64,000 nucleotides of DNA, taken from positions 248,001 through 312,000 of the forward strand of contig CAXHJY010001472.1 of the NCBI GenBank assembly GCA_964016885.1, in the 5' to 3' direction. Source of the stretch: Eledone cirrhosa. Its lineage: Eukaryota. Below, piece after piece: positions 23,223-38,006 of the stretch. Below the pieces are notes generated by a model, which worked only from the letters and a program-made list of their open reading frames with translations, was not told the DNA's origin and did not search any database. The position numbers were made by a program, and so were the translations under genes. Numbering within the stretch: position 1 is the stretch's first letter; every line of letters begins with the position of its first letter.

Positions 23223-23741
23223 ATCTCTTTGAAAAAGAGAACCCCTATTTATTTAATTATATTGAATTTAATTTTTTATTTTAGTTAAATTGTCGAAAAC
23301 ACTGAAGATCTAAAGGTTGAGGAGACAATATGTCTATTTTATCTGTCTCCTCTAACTTTAGATCACCAGTGGTTTTGACAATTTAACTAAAGTAAAATAA
23401 AATAAAATAAATTAAATTATATTAGATAAATAGACATTGGGGTTCTCACCAAAGATTTTCAGTTTTTTCTGAGGAAAATTTAAAAAAAGATTAACAGGAC
23501 ACATTACAGCAATGATTGAACTCCCAGACCAGGATTGAACCTACAGACAAGGACCTCACCATCTCTGGTACTTCCCACTAAGCCGCCAAGACTGCTACAA
23601 AGGTCTGCTGATAATTAATATTTATAAACCTAATTTCAAAATAAAATTAATGTTATTAATTTTATTTAAAAATAAAATAAAATAAATAAACATTGGGGTT
23701 CTCACAAAACTTTTTCATTTTTTTTCTAAGAAATGTCAAAG

Positions 23742-23773
<32 letters not shown>

Positions 23774-23777
<4 letters not shown>

Positions 23778-25705
23778 TCATCATCATCATCATCATCGTT
23801 TAACGTCCATATTCCACGCTTGCATGGGTTTGGACGGGAATTTTCCCACTTGAGGCAAGAGTGGTTGTCTTGCTCGCATAGGACTGTCTGGCGGGTTTTC
23901 TACAGCTGGATGCCCTTCCTAACACCAACCGCATTTACAGTGTGGGACTGAGAGGTTTTTACCGTGTTACCTACACGGCCACATTACTGCGTGGACTGTG
24001 TTTTTTTTTTTTGTCGTGACACCTACACGACCTCATTTGTTTCGGCCTGGATGTTGTGGCACCAACATAACTTTACATTGAAAGGGGCGGTGTGGATGGG
24101 GTGGGGGTGTATTTTGTTAGAGGTGCCTACTGACTGTAGTAGGTTTTACTTTGTATCTAGGTAAGGCGGGTCTTCTCTATTACTGAGTACCGCCAAAGAT
24201 CTCGGTCCAGTGACATTGTCTTGGAGAGGTGTAAGTGTGTGAGGTCGGAATTTATCAAGTCGTCCCAGGTTTTTCTGGGTCTGCCTACTCCGTGGCTACC
24301 GTCTATCTTTATTGCCCTGCATTTTTTTTATACAGCTGTCGTCTTTCATCCGCATCACGTGGACCATACCAACGTAGTCTTCTCTCGAGTACACAACATC
24401 TGATCCCTCTTATTTCTAATTTTTCCCTTAGTTCGTTTATGCTTTGCCGTTCACATATATTACTATTACACATCCAGCGAAGCATGCAAGCTTCGTTCCT
24501 CTCTAGTCTGCGTATATCCTCTGCACACAATGCCCAGGTCTCACTGCCATGCAACATTGCTGTTCATATGCAGGCATCATACAACCTGCCTTTCATTTTT
24601 AGGGAGAACCCTTTAGCGGCTAATAGTGGTATAAGCTCTCTGAACTTTTTCCATCCAGTTCTGACTCTAGCTACTGTACTTTCAGAGCACCCTCCCCCAC
24701 TGCTGATTTTGTCACCCAGGTAACGGAAGCTGTCCACTATTTCTATAGAACCCTCTGCGCAATTGAAAGAGCTAGTATTTTGTGGGCACTTGCTGCTACT
24801 TATTGCACCAGAGCACCGGCCACATGTAAAATCTATGTTCTTAGTTAGCTTACCTGTGATCCCACTACATCTTTTATGAACCCATACTTTGCATTTGGGA
24901 CATAAAATGGAGTTTCTACCTACGCCTTTCCTACACACTGAGCATGGCCATTTCCCGGAAGGGACCGGCGCCTTATTTTCTTTCCTACAAACTAGAACTT
25001 TAGTCTTAGCCAGGTTAATTTTAAGGCCTTCTGATTCTAGGCCTTGCTTCCATGTTTGGAATTTCTTCTCTAGCTCGGCCATTGATTCAGCTATGAGCGT
25101 TAGATCATCTGCGTATAGGAGTTCCCATGGGCAGCCGGTCTTGAACTCCACTGTTATAGCCTGAAGGGCAATAATAAATAGTAGGGGGCTAAGGACGGAG
25201 CCCTGATGAACACCAACTTTTACGCTAAACTCTTCACTATATTCGTTGTTAATTCTAACCTTGCTGACTGTTTCTTTATACATGGCTCGTATAGCTCTCA
25301 CAAGCCATTCCTCAACACCTAGTTTTCTAAGAGCCCACCAGATAATGGAACGGGGGACTCTGTCGAAGGCTTTCTCCAAGTCAACAAAAGCTAAGTATAG
25401 GGGTTTACTTTTAACTAGGTACTTCTCCTGTAGTTGTCGTACAATGAAAAGAGCGTCTGTGGTACTTTTACCTGACACAAACCCGAACTGCATTTCATCT
25501 AGATCAATTCTCTCTCTGATTAGTTGCGCTATTACTTTTTCCGTGACCTTCATGACCTGGTCGATTAATTTAATGCCTCTATAGTTACTCCTATCTAGGG
25601 CATCTCCTTTACCCTTGTAACAGTTAATGATGATGCTGCTACGCCAGTCCTTCAGAACAACCCCATTCTGTATGACTTGGTTTACTATCCGGGTGACCAT
25701 TACGT
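23774..25705 (-). mobile_element. 5'-truncated degenerate RTE LINE, unit 3
   Basis: ORF 24564-25820 with RT motifs; (ATC)n tail. Confidence 0.92.
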
Positions 25706-28200
25706 GTATACATCTGAAAATGTATATATGTATGCAAAGATATAAGTAAACATACATGTATACATATAGATGGACAGTTATGCATATACAATAACTTATT
25801 TCTATACATACATATACCACAAGTAAGGCATGGTGCTGCCAACTAACCAGACCTCCCTCATAATGGACCAGCTAGATCCCAAAATACAGGCCTGCTTGCC
25901 AACACACAGTCCCAATAAGTGTAAGTTACAGCGCAGCTATCTGGACAGACTTGTCTTAAGACTACACACTATCCCACTACATCTTTTGTATACTATATAT
26001 ATACTGTTTATATATATATATACTATATATATATATACTGTTTATATATATATATACTATATATATATATACTGTTTATATATATATACACACATATAAT
26101 TGTGTATTCACACATTATCTTAGTAATGAAATAATTAATAATTTTAGTAAATTGTTCAAAATTCTTCATTAACCCTTTTGGTAGAAACCCAGCCAAAATT
26201 AGTTCTCGTACTATGGAAATGGTTCCTATCTAAATTAAAGTCTTCCAACAAAATTCTATATAACAACCATATGGTAAGTTACTATGTTAGTAATTAACTA
26301 ACAATTGTGATAAATAGCTCAAAATTATTCATAATTAATTGAATTATAAGGTTCATAATTATAATAAAATCTTCAAATAGGCTACGAAACCGGTAAACCT
26401 GAAAGGTACACAACACACACACATTGCTATAGCGTTTCACCAGCCCCTTCCTTCCTGAATTATTACAGAGATGTGTGTGTATGTAATAATTATTTGTATA
26501 ATGTGTGTCTATTTATGAATATGTATGAGTAGATGTGTGTGTGTGTATCACAGTAGATGTGTATGTAACACAGTAGATGTGTATATGTAACAGAGTAGAT
26601 GTGTGTTTGCATGTAACTCAGTATATGTGTATGTAACTCAGTAGATGTGTGTGTGTAACACGGTAGATGTGTGTGTGTAACACGGTAGATGTGTGTGTGT
26701 AACACGGTAGATGTGTGTGTGTAACACGGTAGATGTGTGTATGTAACAGTAGATGTGTATGTATGTAACACAGTAGATGTGTATGTATGTAACACAGTAG
26801 ATGTGTGTATGTAACACAGTACATGTGTGTGTATGTAACTCAGTAGATGTGTGTGTATGTAACTCAGTAGATGTGTGTATGTAACACAGTAGATTGTGTG
26901 TATGTAACATAGAAGATGTGTGTAACACAGTAGATGTGTGTGTATGTAACACAGTAGATCTGTGTGTATGTAACTCAGTAGATGTGTGTATGTAACACAG
27001 GTGTGTGTATGTAACACAGTAGATGTGTGTATGTAACATAGTAGATGTGTGTATGTAACACAGAAGATGTGTGTGTATGTAACACAGTAGATGTGTGTGT
27101 ATGTAACTCAGTAGATGTGTGTGTATGTAACACAGTAGATGTGTGTGTAACACAGTAGATGTGTATGTAACGCAGTAGATGTGTGTGTATATAACCCAGT
27201 TGATGTGTGTGTATGTAACACAGTAGATGTGTGTATGTAACATAGTATATGTGTATGTAACTAAAGTGTAACGTACGTTACAAATGGACGACAAAATGAT
27301 TTTAACTTGTTTTTTAACAATTGATGGTGGAAAAGATTTTAAATTGTCTTAACTCAGACCATAAAGGGCCGCAACACATGGAGTCTGACACTCTTACCGG
27401 CTACATAGCCTGGGCGTCTATTTTACCGCGACCGGCTACATAGCATCTTCCTAAAATCTTCCAACATAATTTTATACAAGAACCACATGTTAAGTTACTA
27501 ATAAAATAATTAATAAATAAAAACATTAGTAAGTCCTTCAAATGATATCTCAGTAATGAAATAATTAATAATTGTTATAAATACCTCAAAATTCCTCATT
27601 AATTAAACCTCATTAATTAATTAAGCCGCTGAAAAGTGCAACAGATGCCCTCTTCTTAGTGAGACAACTACAAAAGAGGTTCTTAGAGAAAAATAAGCCA
27701 CTATACTTAGCTTTGGACATAGAGAAGGCTTTTGATAGAGAACTCTTATAAATGACAACATATATATATGTGTGTGTATATATATGTTTTTTTTAAAACT
27801 ATATATTTATTACTCCCTTAAGCAGAAGAAATATATTCCCAGATATCGAAGATTACCACAATAACTAGGGAGCGGAAATCAATAGATGCTGGACATTGCT
27901 GCTGAGGGTAGGATGACCTGATGAGCTGGCTCCTGTGGTGGATACCTAAACATAGTAAGACCCTAGTGGGATGACTGAGGTTCACCTACATACATCAGAT
28001 GTCTCTGGATCTCCAGCTGGAGATTAATGATCTCAGGAATGCCATGAAAAATCGTGACATCTAAAAAAGAAGAGTAGAATTGTTCTGGCCAATCCACCTG
28101 ACCTAATAAACAATAATAATATTAATATATATTGATGAAAATTAATTATGGTGAAATATCTTAGAAATCATTCTCAGAGGTTTTGTATTGTAATCCACAC

Positions 28201-30197
28201 TTGCTCCTTGTGGCTTCTGATGCAGACATCATGTCCGCCATCAGGTCCTTCCCAGCTAGCAGCTGCGGAGATGTTGATGGTCTCTGACCAGGCCTCCTCA
28301 AGGAGTTGATATCTCCCCTCTCCGCTGAGGCCGGGCGCCGCCTTCTGAGTGCAATTGTGGCGCTCACCAATAGGCTCATCCATGGCGCCCTGGACTCTTA
28401 TGCTCGAGGCCTCTTTTTTTCGGCCAGCCTCACCGCTCTCAGGAAGAAAGAGGATGGCATACGCCCCATTGCTGTGGGCAATGTCTTCCGGAGGCTGGCT
28501 GCCAAGGTAATCTGCAAGTCCGTAACACTCGGAACCGGCATCCAGGGCCTCCAGCCACCTCATTGTCAAGTTTGACATGAGGAATGCCTTCAACTCTTTA
28601 CGCTGGGATCATCTGCTCGAGGCCTGCCTCAGCCGAGCCCCCTCTGCCTACCTGTCATATGGAGCCCCAAGCATGCGCCATGCTGCTGATACGGTCATAC
28701 CCTTGGCTACTGGGATCCAACAGGGCAACCCTTTGGGACCCCTCCTGTTCACCCTTGGTATTGACCACATCGCCTGGAGTATAACAGCCCCTCTCAACGT
28801 TTGGTATCTGGATGATGCTACTTTGGGTGGGCCCGTACAGGCGGTCTGCCATGACCTTCAATCGGTGGTTCCTGCCCTGGCGGGAATCGACCTCCAGGTC
28901 AACTCAGCCAAGTCGGAGGTGGTGAATGTCAGCCTCGATGCTGCAAGCTTTGCAGTCTCCGTCTTGGACGTGCGGTCCATTCTCCGCCAGGTTCAGGTGA
29001 CCCCCAAAGAGGATGCCCTCACCGATCCACCCGCCGGCCATCCGCTCCTCCATCAAGTCCAGACTCTCACGAGCCGACTGGGCTTGATTGATGGCCACCC
29101 AGTTCTCTTTCTGCTGAGGAACTGCTACGCCATGCCGAAGCTCCTCTATACACTCTGTGCTACACCTAAACTTGTATCCGAGCAGCAGCCGATGAGATAT
29201 GCAACTTTACCTGTCAGGTATGGCGGCCTTCGCCTCCAGTCCCCGATCTCACTAGCTTTGCCGGCATATCTTTCGTCGGTAACCTCGTACCACGTCCTCC
29301 TCAGCAGGGTTCTTCAAAACACAACAGAACCCTCTGTGTTCAGAGAACGCGTGGCCGCCTGTGAGACGTGGGACCGGCTGGGACTTAGCCCAGTAGACGT
29401 ACCTCCTCCTTCTCCCCCTGATGACGTCAAGTCCCCCCCAACACACTTGGGATGCCATCCAGTGCAGCCTGGCCTCAGACAGGCTCACGCGCCAGCTCGA
29501 CCAGCACCGCCTTGTTTGTTTTCGTGCAGCCTCCAAACCCCACAGTGGGGCCTGGCTCCATGCCCTGCCCTCCTTCTCCACTCGCACGCAGCTAGACAAC
29601 AATAGCTTGCGCATCGGCGTTTCCCTGAGGCTCGGCCTCACACCAATGTCGCTGCCGTTCCACCATGGACTCTTTCGGCCTCCACCCGCTTTCCTGTCGC
29701 CACAGTGCCAGCCGCAATCCACGCCATGCTGCCCTCAACGAAGTCATTAAGCATGGCTTGGACGCTGCAGGCTTCCCTTCCCAGCTCGAGGGGACGGCAA
29801 AAGGCTAGATGGCATGACCATCTTCCCGTTCCGCGGTGGCAAACCCCTCGTCTGGGATGCCACTTGCACCGACACTTTCTGCAGCCGCAACCTGGTGCAG
29901 TCTGCGACTGGCCCAGGTTCTGCTGCACGTCAGGCTGAGGGGGCCAAACTCCTCACATATCGTTCACTCTCCGACAGGTTTGCGGTCGTACCCCTGGAAG
30001 TGGAGACTTCTGGTGTCCTCGGCCCCAGGGCTACCTCCTTACTCACCACCATAGGCGCTGAGCTGGCCAGCCGCAGGTGTGAGCCCCGCGAGTTGGAGTG
30101 GCTTTTCCAGCGCGTCTCCCTTGCCGTGCTCCGGGGAAACGCCTTCTCCATTCTGTCCGCCGGGGCTGTGGGTGGGTCCCATCGCGTACCGTTATGA
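28201..30197 (+). mobile_element. Degenerate CRE-clade retrotransposon, type B, unit 4
   Basis: Same motifs; B-type residues (MISPL, KEDG, AYL). Confidence 0.88.
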
Positions 30198-31936
30198 ATG
30201 TATACAAAACAACTAAATCTCTTAAATAACTTCACTTATATCCAAAATATGATTTGTATATACATCAACAGTGACTCATTATTATACGCCAGTCACGACC
30301 CCACTGCAAAAACGATATCTATATAACAACCCCACCGTAAAACTACTCTTCCCCACTTTACAAACACTTTATATTATTTGTCATTAAGGTTTCTTAAAAT
30401 AAATATATATACGTATGTGTAGTAATTAGTACGGAGACTGAGAGAGAAGGGGCGAGTGTGTCTTCATGGAGGGCACATGGGACCAGCAAAGCCCTAAAAG
30501 TAGAGACCAGTAAATGAGATAAGGTCCTAGCTATGTTAAGAATATAAATAAGAAACATGTTCTATACATTTAAGAAGACAAGAGAAACATGTTCTAAACA
30601 TTTAAGAAATAATTATTTACCTCTTTCATGTCGGTAATATAGCGGTTTTATAAAACTAATTATAACGACCGGTGTTAAAATAGAGAGAGATAGACAGATA
30701 AATGTGTGTCACACTCTCACCCTCTCTTTAAATCTTTTACACTATCTTTACATCTTTTACTCTATCTCCCTCTTATTTCTATCTGTGTACATATATATGT
30801 GTATGTATGTATCTGTCTATGTGTAACTCGGTGTACTGGAGCAATATGAGGTGAAGTGTCTTGCTGAAGAAGACATTTTGTGGAGTTATATCATCGTTTC
30901 TTGTTATAAAGCTACTTATACTACCGGCGTAACAGTGGCTATAGGTGATAGATGTAGAAATAAAAGGCTGTAACAGCGATATAAATATAGATGAAATAGT
31001 TTACCACGAGACTAAGAATGAATGCTTAATGGAATTAAGTGTAATCTAATAGGAAATAAGAGGCTAGAGCAGCGAAATGTTTACGTAAAATAAAAGAACA
31101 ACAAACAAGAGTGCAACATTGAAATTTTTGTTTTATTTTCTCGATATAAGGGTTATTTTATGCGCGATTTGCCTTGCTGCCGGCGTTGCTCAGTCAGTAG
31201 CAGCCCCGCTTACGAAGTTCAGGAGCCAACGACTTTACATGGTTCGAATCTCACCCTCTCCGCTCTTGTCGAGTTATCTCCTACTCTTTTTACTTAGTTC
31301 CAGGTCATTTAAATAGAGCAAAGAGGTCGCGGCGATCGGCATATGCACTGGCTACAATGTTGAACTTTGGAACTGACTGCATAGTTGAACGTTCCACATA
31401 CCAACCGCCCAACTGGCCAGTCAACCGCAAATACGGCTGGCTGGCCGGTTGGGTAGTTGGCATATGTACTGACTGTCAAGTTGAACGTTCTAACCCTCTC
31501 TTTACATCTATTGCTCTATCTACCGCTTATTTCTCTCCCTCTCTTTACTTCTATAACTCTATCTCCCACTCTCTTTACATCTATTACACAGTGTCTCCCT
31601 GTATATATACACGTATATATGCACTAGATTTTATAAGAAATCTACGTAATAATATAATTAACAATAGTTGATGAATTAGACCAGAGTTAATTAAACAATA
31701 AATATGAATGAAATAGCAGTAGATGGCGAAACTTGAGTGTTGTGTGTGCATACATATATATGAGGTAAACTGGTTCAAATACTGTCAGGATTATATTGGA
31801 TCAAAGACTGTATTAAATAGAAAGTAAAAAATGAAGTGAAAATATAAAAACAAACTGAAAATTTCCCCATCCCTAGAAAAATTCATATCTTGTTATATAT
31901 AGATAATTGGCGCTTTAAATTGAATAAATATTCATT

Positions 31937-31971
<35 letters not shown>

Positions 31972-33529
31972 GTACACTGATATATATGTGTGTGTATATA
32001 TATATATATATGTATGTGTATATGTGTACATATGTATGTGTATATATATACTAATATATATATATATATATCAACTTCATCATACGTCCGCTTTTCCATG
32101 CTTGCAAGGGTGGGGTGGGAGCTGATTCTGGATTGGTTTCTACAGCTGGGTGCCCTTCCTGACGCCAACCCAGTTTGCAGTGAGTGCTGGGTGCTTTTTT
32201 TTTTTCCGTGGCACCTCCACATCAGCTTTACAGAGCGGGCTGGGTGCTTTTTTGCCGTGGCGCCTCCACGACCACTTTACGGTGGGGTGGTGGGGTGGTA
32301 TGTGTATACCCAGCCCATTGTCATTTCCCACCCAGAAAAGTTCATAGCACAGTTCTTTACCCACGATGAATCTAGCAGACCCACCCCTCCACCTGGTCTC
32401 TTGAATACAACAGTGGTTTCACTAAAATAAAAATTAAATTAAATTAAATTAAATTAATTATATTAGATAAATAGACATTGGGGTTCTCACCAAAGATTTT
32501 CAGTTATTTCTAAGAGATGTAAAAGGAAAATTTAAAAAAGATTAATAGGACACATTAGACATGTCTCCAAGCAAGAATTGAACTTACAGACAAGGATCTC
32601 ACCATCTCTGGTACTTCCCACTAAGCCACCAAGACTGCTACAAAGGTCTATTGAAAATTAATATTTATAAACCTACTTTCAAAATATAACTAATTTAATT
32701 AAAAATAAAATAAAATAAATAGACATTGGCGTTCTCACAAAACTTTTTCAGTTCTTTTTTCTAAGAAATGTCAAAGGAATATATATATATATATATTTTA
32801 TTTTTAATTTTATTTTGAAAGTAGGTTTATAAATATTAAATTTCAGTACATCTTTGTATCAGTCTCGGTAGCTTAGTGGGAAGTACCAGAGATGGTGAGA
32901 TCCTGTTCTGGGTGTTCAATCCTGGTCTGAGGGTTGAATTGGGGACTCAGGTTCAATCCTGGTCCATGAGATACATGTAAGGTGTCATGTTAATCTTTTA
33001 TAATTTTCTTTCTATATCTCTTTGAAAAAGAGAACCCCTATTTATTTAATTATATTGAATTTAATTTTTTATTTTAGTTAAATTGTCGAAAACACTGAAG
33101 ATCTAAAGGTTGAGGAGACAATATGTCTATTTTATCTGTCTCCTCTAACTTTAGATCACCAGTGGTTTTGACAATTTAACTAAAGTAAAATAAAATAAAT
33201 TAAATTATATTAGATAAATAGACATTGGGGTTCTCACCAAAGATTTTCAGTTTTTTCTGAGGAAAATTTAAAAAAAGATTAACAGGACACATTACAGCAA
33301 TGATTGAACTCCCAGACCAGGATTGAACCTACAGACAAGGACCTCACCATCTCTGGTACTTCCCACTAAGCCGCCAAGACTGCTACAAAGGTCTGCTGAT
33401 AATTAATATTTATAAACCTAATTTCAAAATAAAATTAATGTTATTAATTTTATTTAAAAATAAAATAAAATAAATAAACATTGGGGTTCTCACAAAACTT
33501 TTTCATTTTTTTTCTAAGAAATGTCAAAG

Positions 33530-33580
<51 letters not shown>

Positions 33581-33585
<5 letters not shown>

Positions 33586-35509
33586 TCATCATCATCGTCA
33601 TCGTTTAACGTCCATATTCCACGCTTGCATGGGTTTGGACGGGAATTTTCCCACTTGAGGCAAGAGTGGTTGTCTTGCTCGCATAGGACTGTCTGGCGGG
33701 TTTTCTACAGCTGGATGCCCTTCCTAACACCAACCGCATTTACAGTGTGGGACTGGGAGGTTTTTACCGTGTTACCTACACGGCCACATTACTGCGTGGA
33801 CTGTGTTTTTTTTTTTGTCGTGACACCTACACGACCTCATTTGTTTCGGCCTGGATGTTGTGGCACCAACATAACTTTACATTGAAAGGGGCGGTGTGGA
33901 TGGGGTGGGGGTGTATTTTGTTAGAGGTGCCTACTGACTGTAGTAGGTTTTACTTTGTATCTAGGTAAGGCGGGTCTTCTCTATTACTGAGTACCGCCAA
34001 AGATCTCGGTCCAGTGACATTGTCTTGGAGAGGTGTAAGTGTGTGAGGTCGGAATTTATCAAGTCGTCCCAGGTTTTTCTGGGTCTGCCTACTCCGTGGC
34101 TACCGTCTATCTTTATTGCCCTGCATTTTTTTTATACAGCTGTCGTCTTTCATCCGCATCACGTGGACCATACCAACGTAGTCTTCTCTCGAGTACACAA
34201 CATCTGATCCCTCTTATTTCTAATTTTTCCCTTAGTTCGTTTATGCTTTGCCGTTCACATATATTACTATTACACATCCAGCGAAGCATGCAAGCTTCGT
34301 TCCTCTCTAGTCTGCGTATATCCTCTGCACACAATGCCCAGGTCTCACTGCCATGCAACATTGCTGTTCATATGCAGGCATCATACAACCTGCCTTTCAT
34401 TTTTAGGGAGAACCCTTTAGCGGCTAATAGTGGTATAAGCTCTCTGAACTTTTTCCATCCAGTTCTGACTCTAGCTACTGTACTTTCAGAGCACCCTCCC
34501 CCACTGCTGATTTTGTCACCCAGGTAACGGAAGCTGTCCACTATTTCTATAGAACCCTCTGCGCAATTGAAAGAGCTAGTATTTTGTGGGCACTTGCTGC
34601 TACTTATTGCACCAGAGCACCGGCCACATGTAAAATCTATGTTCTTAGTTAGCTTACCTGTGATCCCACTACATCTTTTATGAACCCATACTTTGCATTT
34701 GGGACATAAAATGGAGTTTCTACCTACGCCTTTCCTACACACTGAGCATGGCCATTTCCCGGAAGGGACCGGCGCCTTATTTTCTTTCCTACAAACTAGA
34801 ACTTTAGTCTTAGCCAGGTTAATTTTAAGGCCTTCTGATTCTAGGCCTTGCTTCCATGTTTGGAATTTCTTCTCTAGCTCGGCCATTGATTCAGCTATGA
34901 GCGTTAGATCATCTGCGTATAGGAGTTCCCATGGGCAGCCGGTCTTGAACTCCACTGTTATAGCCTGAAGGGCAATAATAAATAGTAGGGGGCTAAGGAC
35001 GGAGCCCTGATGAACACCAACTTTTACGCTAAACTCTTCACTATATTCGTTGTTAATTCTAACCTTGCTGACTGTTTCTTTATACATGGCTCGTATAGCT
35101 CTCACAAGCCATTCCTCAACACCTAGTTTTCTAAGAGCCCACCAGATAATGGAACGGGGGACTCTGTCGAAGGCTTTCTCCAAGTCAACAAAAGCTAAGT
35201 ATAGGGGTTTACTTTTAACTAGGTACTTCTCCTGTAGTTGTCGTACAATGAAAAGAGCGTCTGTGGTACTTTTACCTGACACAAACCCGAACTGCATTTC
35301 ATCTAGATCAATTCTCTCTCTGATTAGTTGCGCTATTACTTTTTCCGTGACCTTCATGACCTGGTTGATTAATTTAATGCCTCTATAGTTACTCCTATCT
35401 AGGGCATCTCCTTTACCCTTGTAACAGTTAATGATGATGCTGCTACGCCAGTCCTTCAGAACAACCCCATTCTGTATGACTTGGTTTACTATCCGGGTGA
35501 CCATTACGT
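33581..35509 (-). mobile_element. 5'-truncated degenerate RTE LINE, unit 4
   Basis: ORF 34368-35624 with RT motifs; (ATC)n tail. Confidence 0.92.
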
Positions 35510-38006
35510 GTATACATCTGAAAATGTATATATGTATGCAAAGATATAAGTAAACATACATGTATACATATAGATGGACAGTTATGCATATACAATAACT
35601 TATTTCTATACATACATATACCACAAGTAAGGCATGGTGCTGCCAACTAACCAGACCTCCCTCATAATGGACCAGCTAGATCCCAAAATACAGGCCTGCT
35701 TGCCAACACACAGTCCCAATAAGTGTAAGTTACAGCGCAGCTATCTGGACAGACTTGTCTTAAGACTACACACTATCCCACTACATCTTTTGTATACTAT
35801 ATATATACTGTTTATATATATATATACTATATATATATATACTGTTTATATATATATATACTATATATATATATACTGTTTATATATATATACACACATA
35901 TAATTGTGTATTCACACATTATCTTAGTAATGAAATAATTAATAATTTTAGTAAATTGTTCAAAATTCTTCATTAACCCTTTTGGTAGAAACCCAGCCAA
36001 AATTAGTTCTCGTACTATGGAAATGGTTCCTATCTAAATTAAAGTCTTCCAACAAAATTCTATATAACAACCATATGGTAAGTTACTATGTTAGTAATTA
36101 ACTAACAATTGTGATAAATAGCTCAAAATTATTCATAATTAATTGAATTATAAGGTTCATAATTATAATAAAATCTTCAAATAGGCTACGAAACCGGTAA
36201 ACCTGAAAGGTACACAACACACACACATTGCTATAGCGTTTCACCAGCCCCTTCCTTCCTGAATTATTACAGAGATGTGTGTGTATGTAATAATTATTTG
36301 TATAATGTGTGTCTATTTATGAATATGTATGAGTAGATGTGTGTGTGTGTATCACAGTAGATGTGTATGTAACACAGTAGATGTGTATATGTAACAGAGT
36401 AGATGTGTGTTTGCATGTAACTCAGTATATGTGTATGTAACTCAGTAGATGTGTGTGTGTAACACGGTAGATGTGTGTGTGTAACACGGTAGATGTGTGT
36501 GTGTAACACGGTAGATGTGTGTGTGTAACACGGTAGATGTGTGTATGTAACAGTAGATGTGTATGTATGTAACACAGTAGATGTGTATGTATGTAACACA
36601 GTAGATGTGTGTATGTAACACAGTACATGTGTGTGTATGTAACTCAGTAGATGTGTGTGTATGTAACTCAGTAGATGTGTGTATGTAACACAGTAGATTG
36701 TGTGTATGTAACATAGAAGATGTGTGTAACACAGTAGATGTGTGTGTATGTAACACAGTAGATCTGTGTGTATGTAACTCAGTAGATGTGTGTGTATGTA
36801 ACACAGGTGTGTGTATGTAACACAGTAGATGTGTGTATGTAACATAGTAGATGTGTGTATGTAACACAGAAGATGTGTGTGTATGTAACACAGTAGATGT
36901 GTGTGTATGTAACTCAGTAGATGTGTGTGTATGTAACACAGTAGATGTGTGTGTAACACAGTAGATGTGTATGTAACGCAGTAGATGTGTGTGTATATAA
37001 CCCAGTTGATGTGTGTGTATGTAACACAGTAGATGTGTGTATGTAACATAGTATATGTGTATGTAACTAAAGTGTAACGTACGTTACAAATGGACGACAA
37101 AATGATTTTAACTTGTTTTTTAACAATTGATGGTGGAAAAGATTTTAAATTGTCTTAACTCAGACCATAAAGGGCCGCAACACATGGAGTCTGACACTCT
37201 TACCGGCTACATAGCCTGGGCGTCTATTTTACCGCGACCGGCTACATAGCATCTTCCTAAAATCTTCCAACATAATTTTATACAAGAACCACATGTTAAG
37301 TTACTAATAAAATAATTAATAAATAAAAACATTAGTAAGTCCTTCAAATGATATCTCAGTAATGAAATAATTAATAATTGTTATAAATACCTCAAAATTC
37401 CTCATTAATTAAACCTCATTAATTAATTAAGCCGCTGAAAAGTGCAACAGATGCCCTCTTCTTAGTGAGACAACTACAAAAGAGGTTCTTAGAGAAAAAT
37501 AAGCCACTATACTTAGCTTTGGACATAGAGAAGGCTTTTGATAGAGAACTCTTATAAATGACAACATATATATATGTGTGTGTATATATATGTTTTTTTT
37601 AAAACTATATATTTATTACTCCCTTAAGCAGAAGAAATATATTCCCAGATATCGAAGATTACCACAATAACTAGGGAGCGGAAATCAATAGATGCTGGAC
37701 ATTGCTGCTGAGGGTAGGATGACCTGATGAGCTGGCTCCTGTGGTGGATACCTAAACATAGTAAGACCCTAGTGGGATGACTGAGGTTCACCTACATACA
37801 TCAGATGTCTCTGGATCTCCAGCTGGAGATTAATAATCTCAGGAATGCCATGAAAAATCGTGACATCTAAAAAAGAAGAGTAGAATTGTTCTGGCCAATC
37901 CACCTGACCTAATAAACAATAATAATATTAATATATATTGATGAAAATTAATTATGGTGAAATATCTTAGAAATCATTCTCAGAGGTTTTGTATTGTAAT
38001 CCACAC

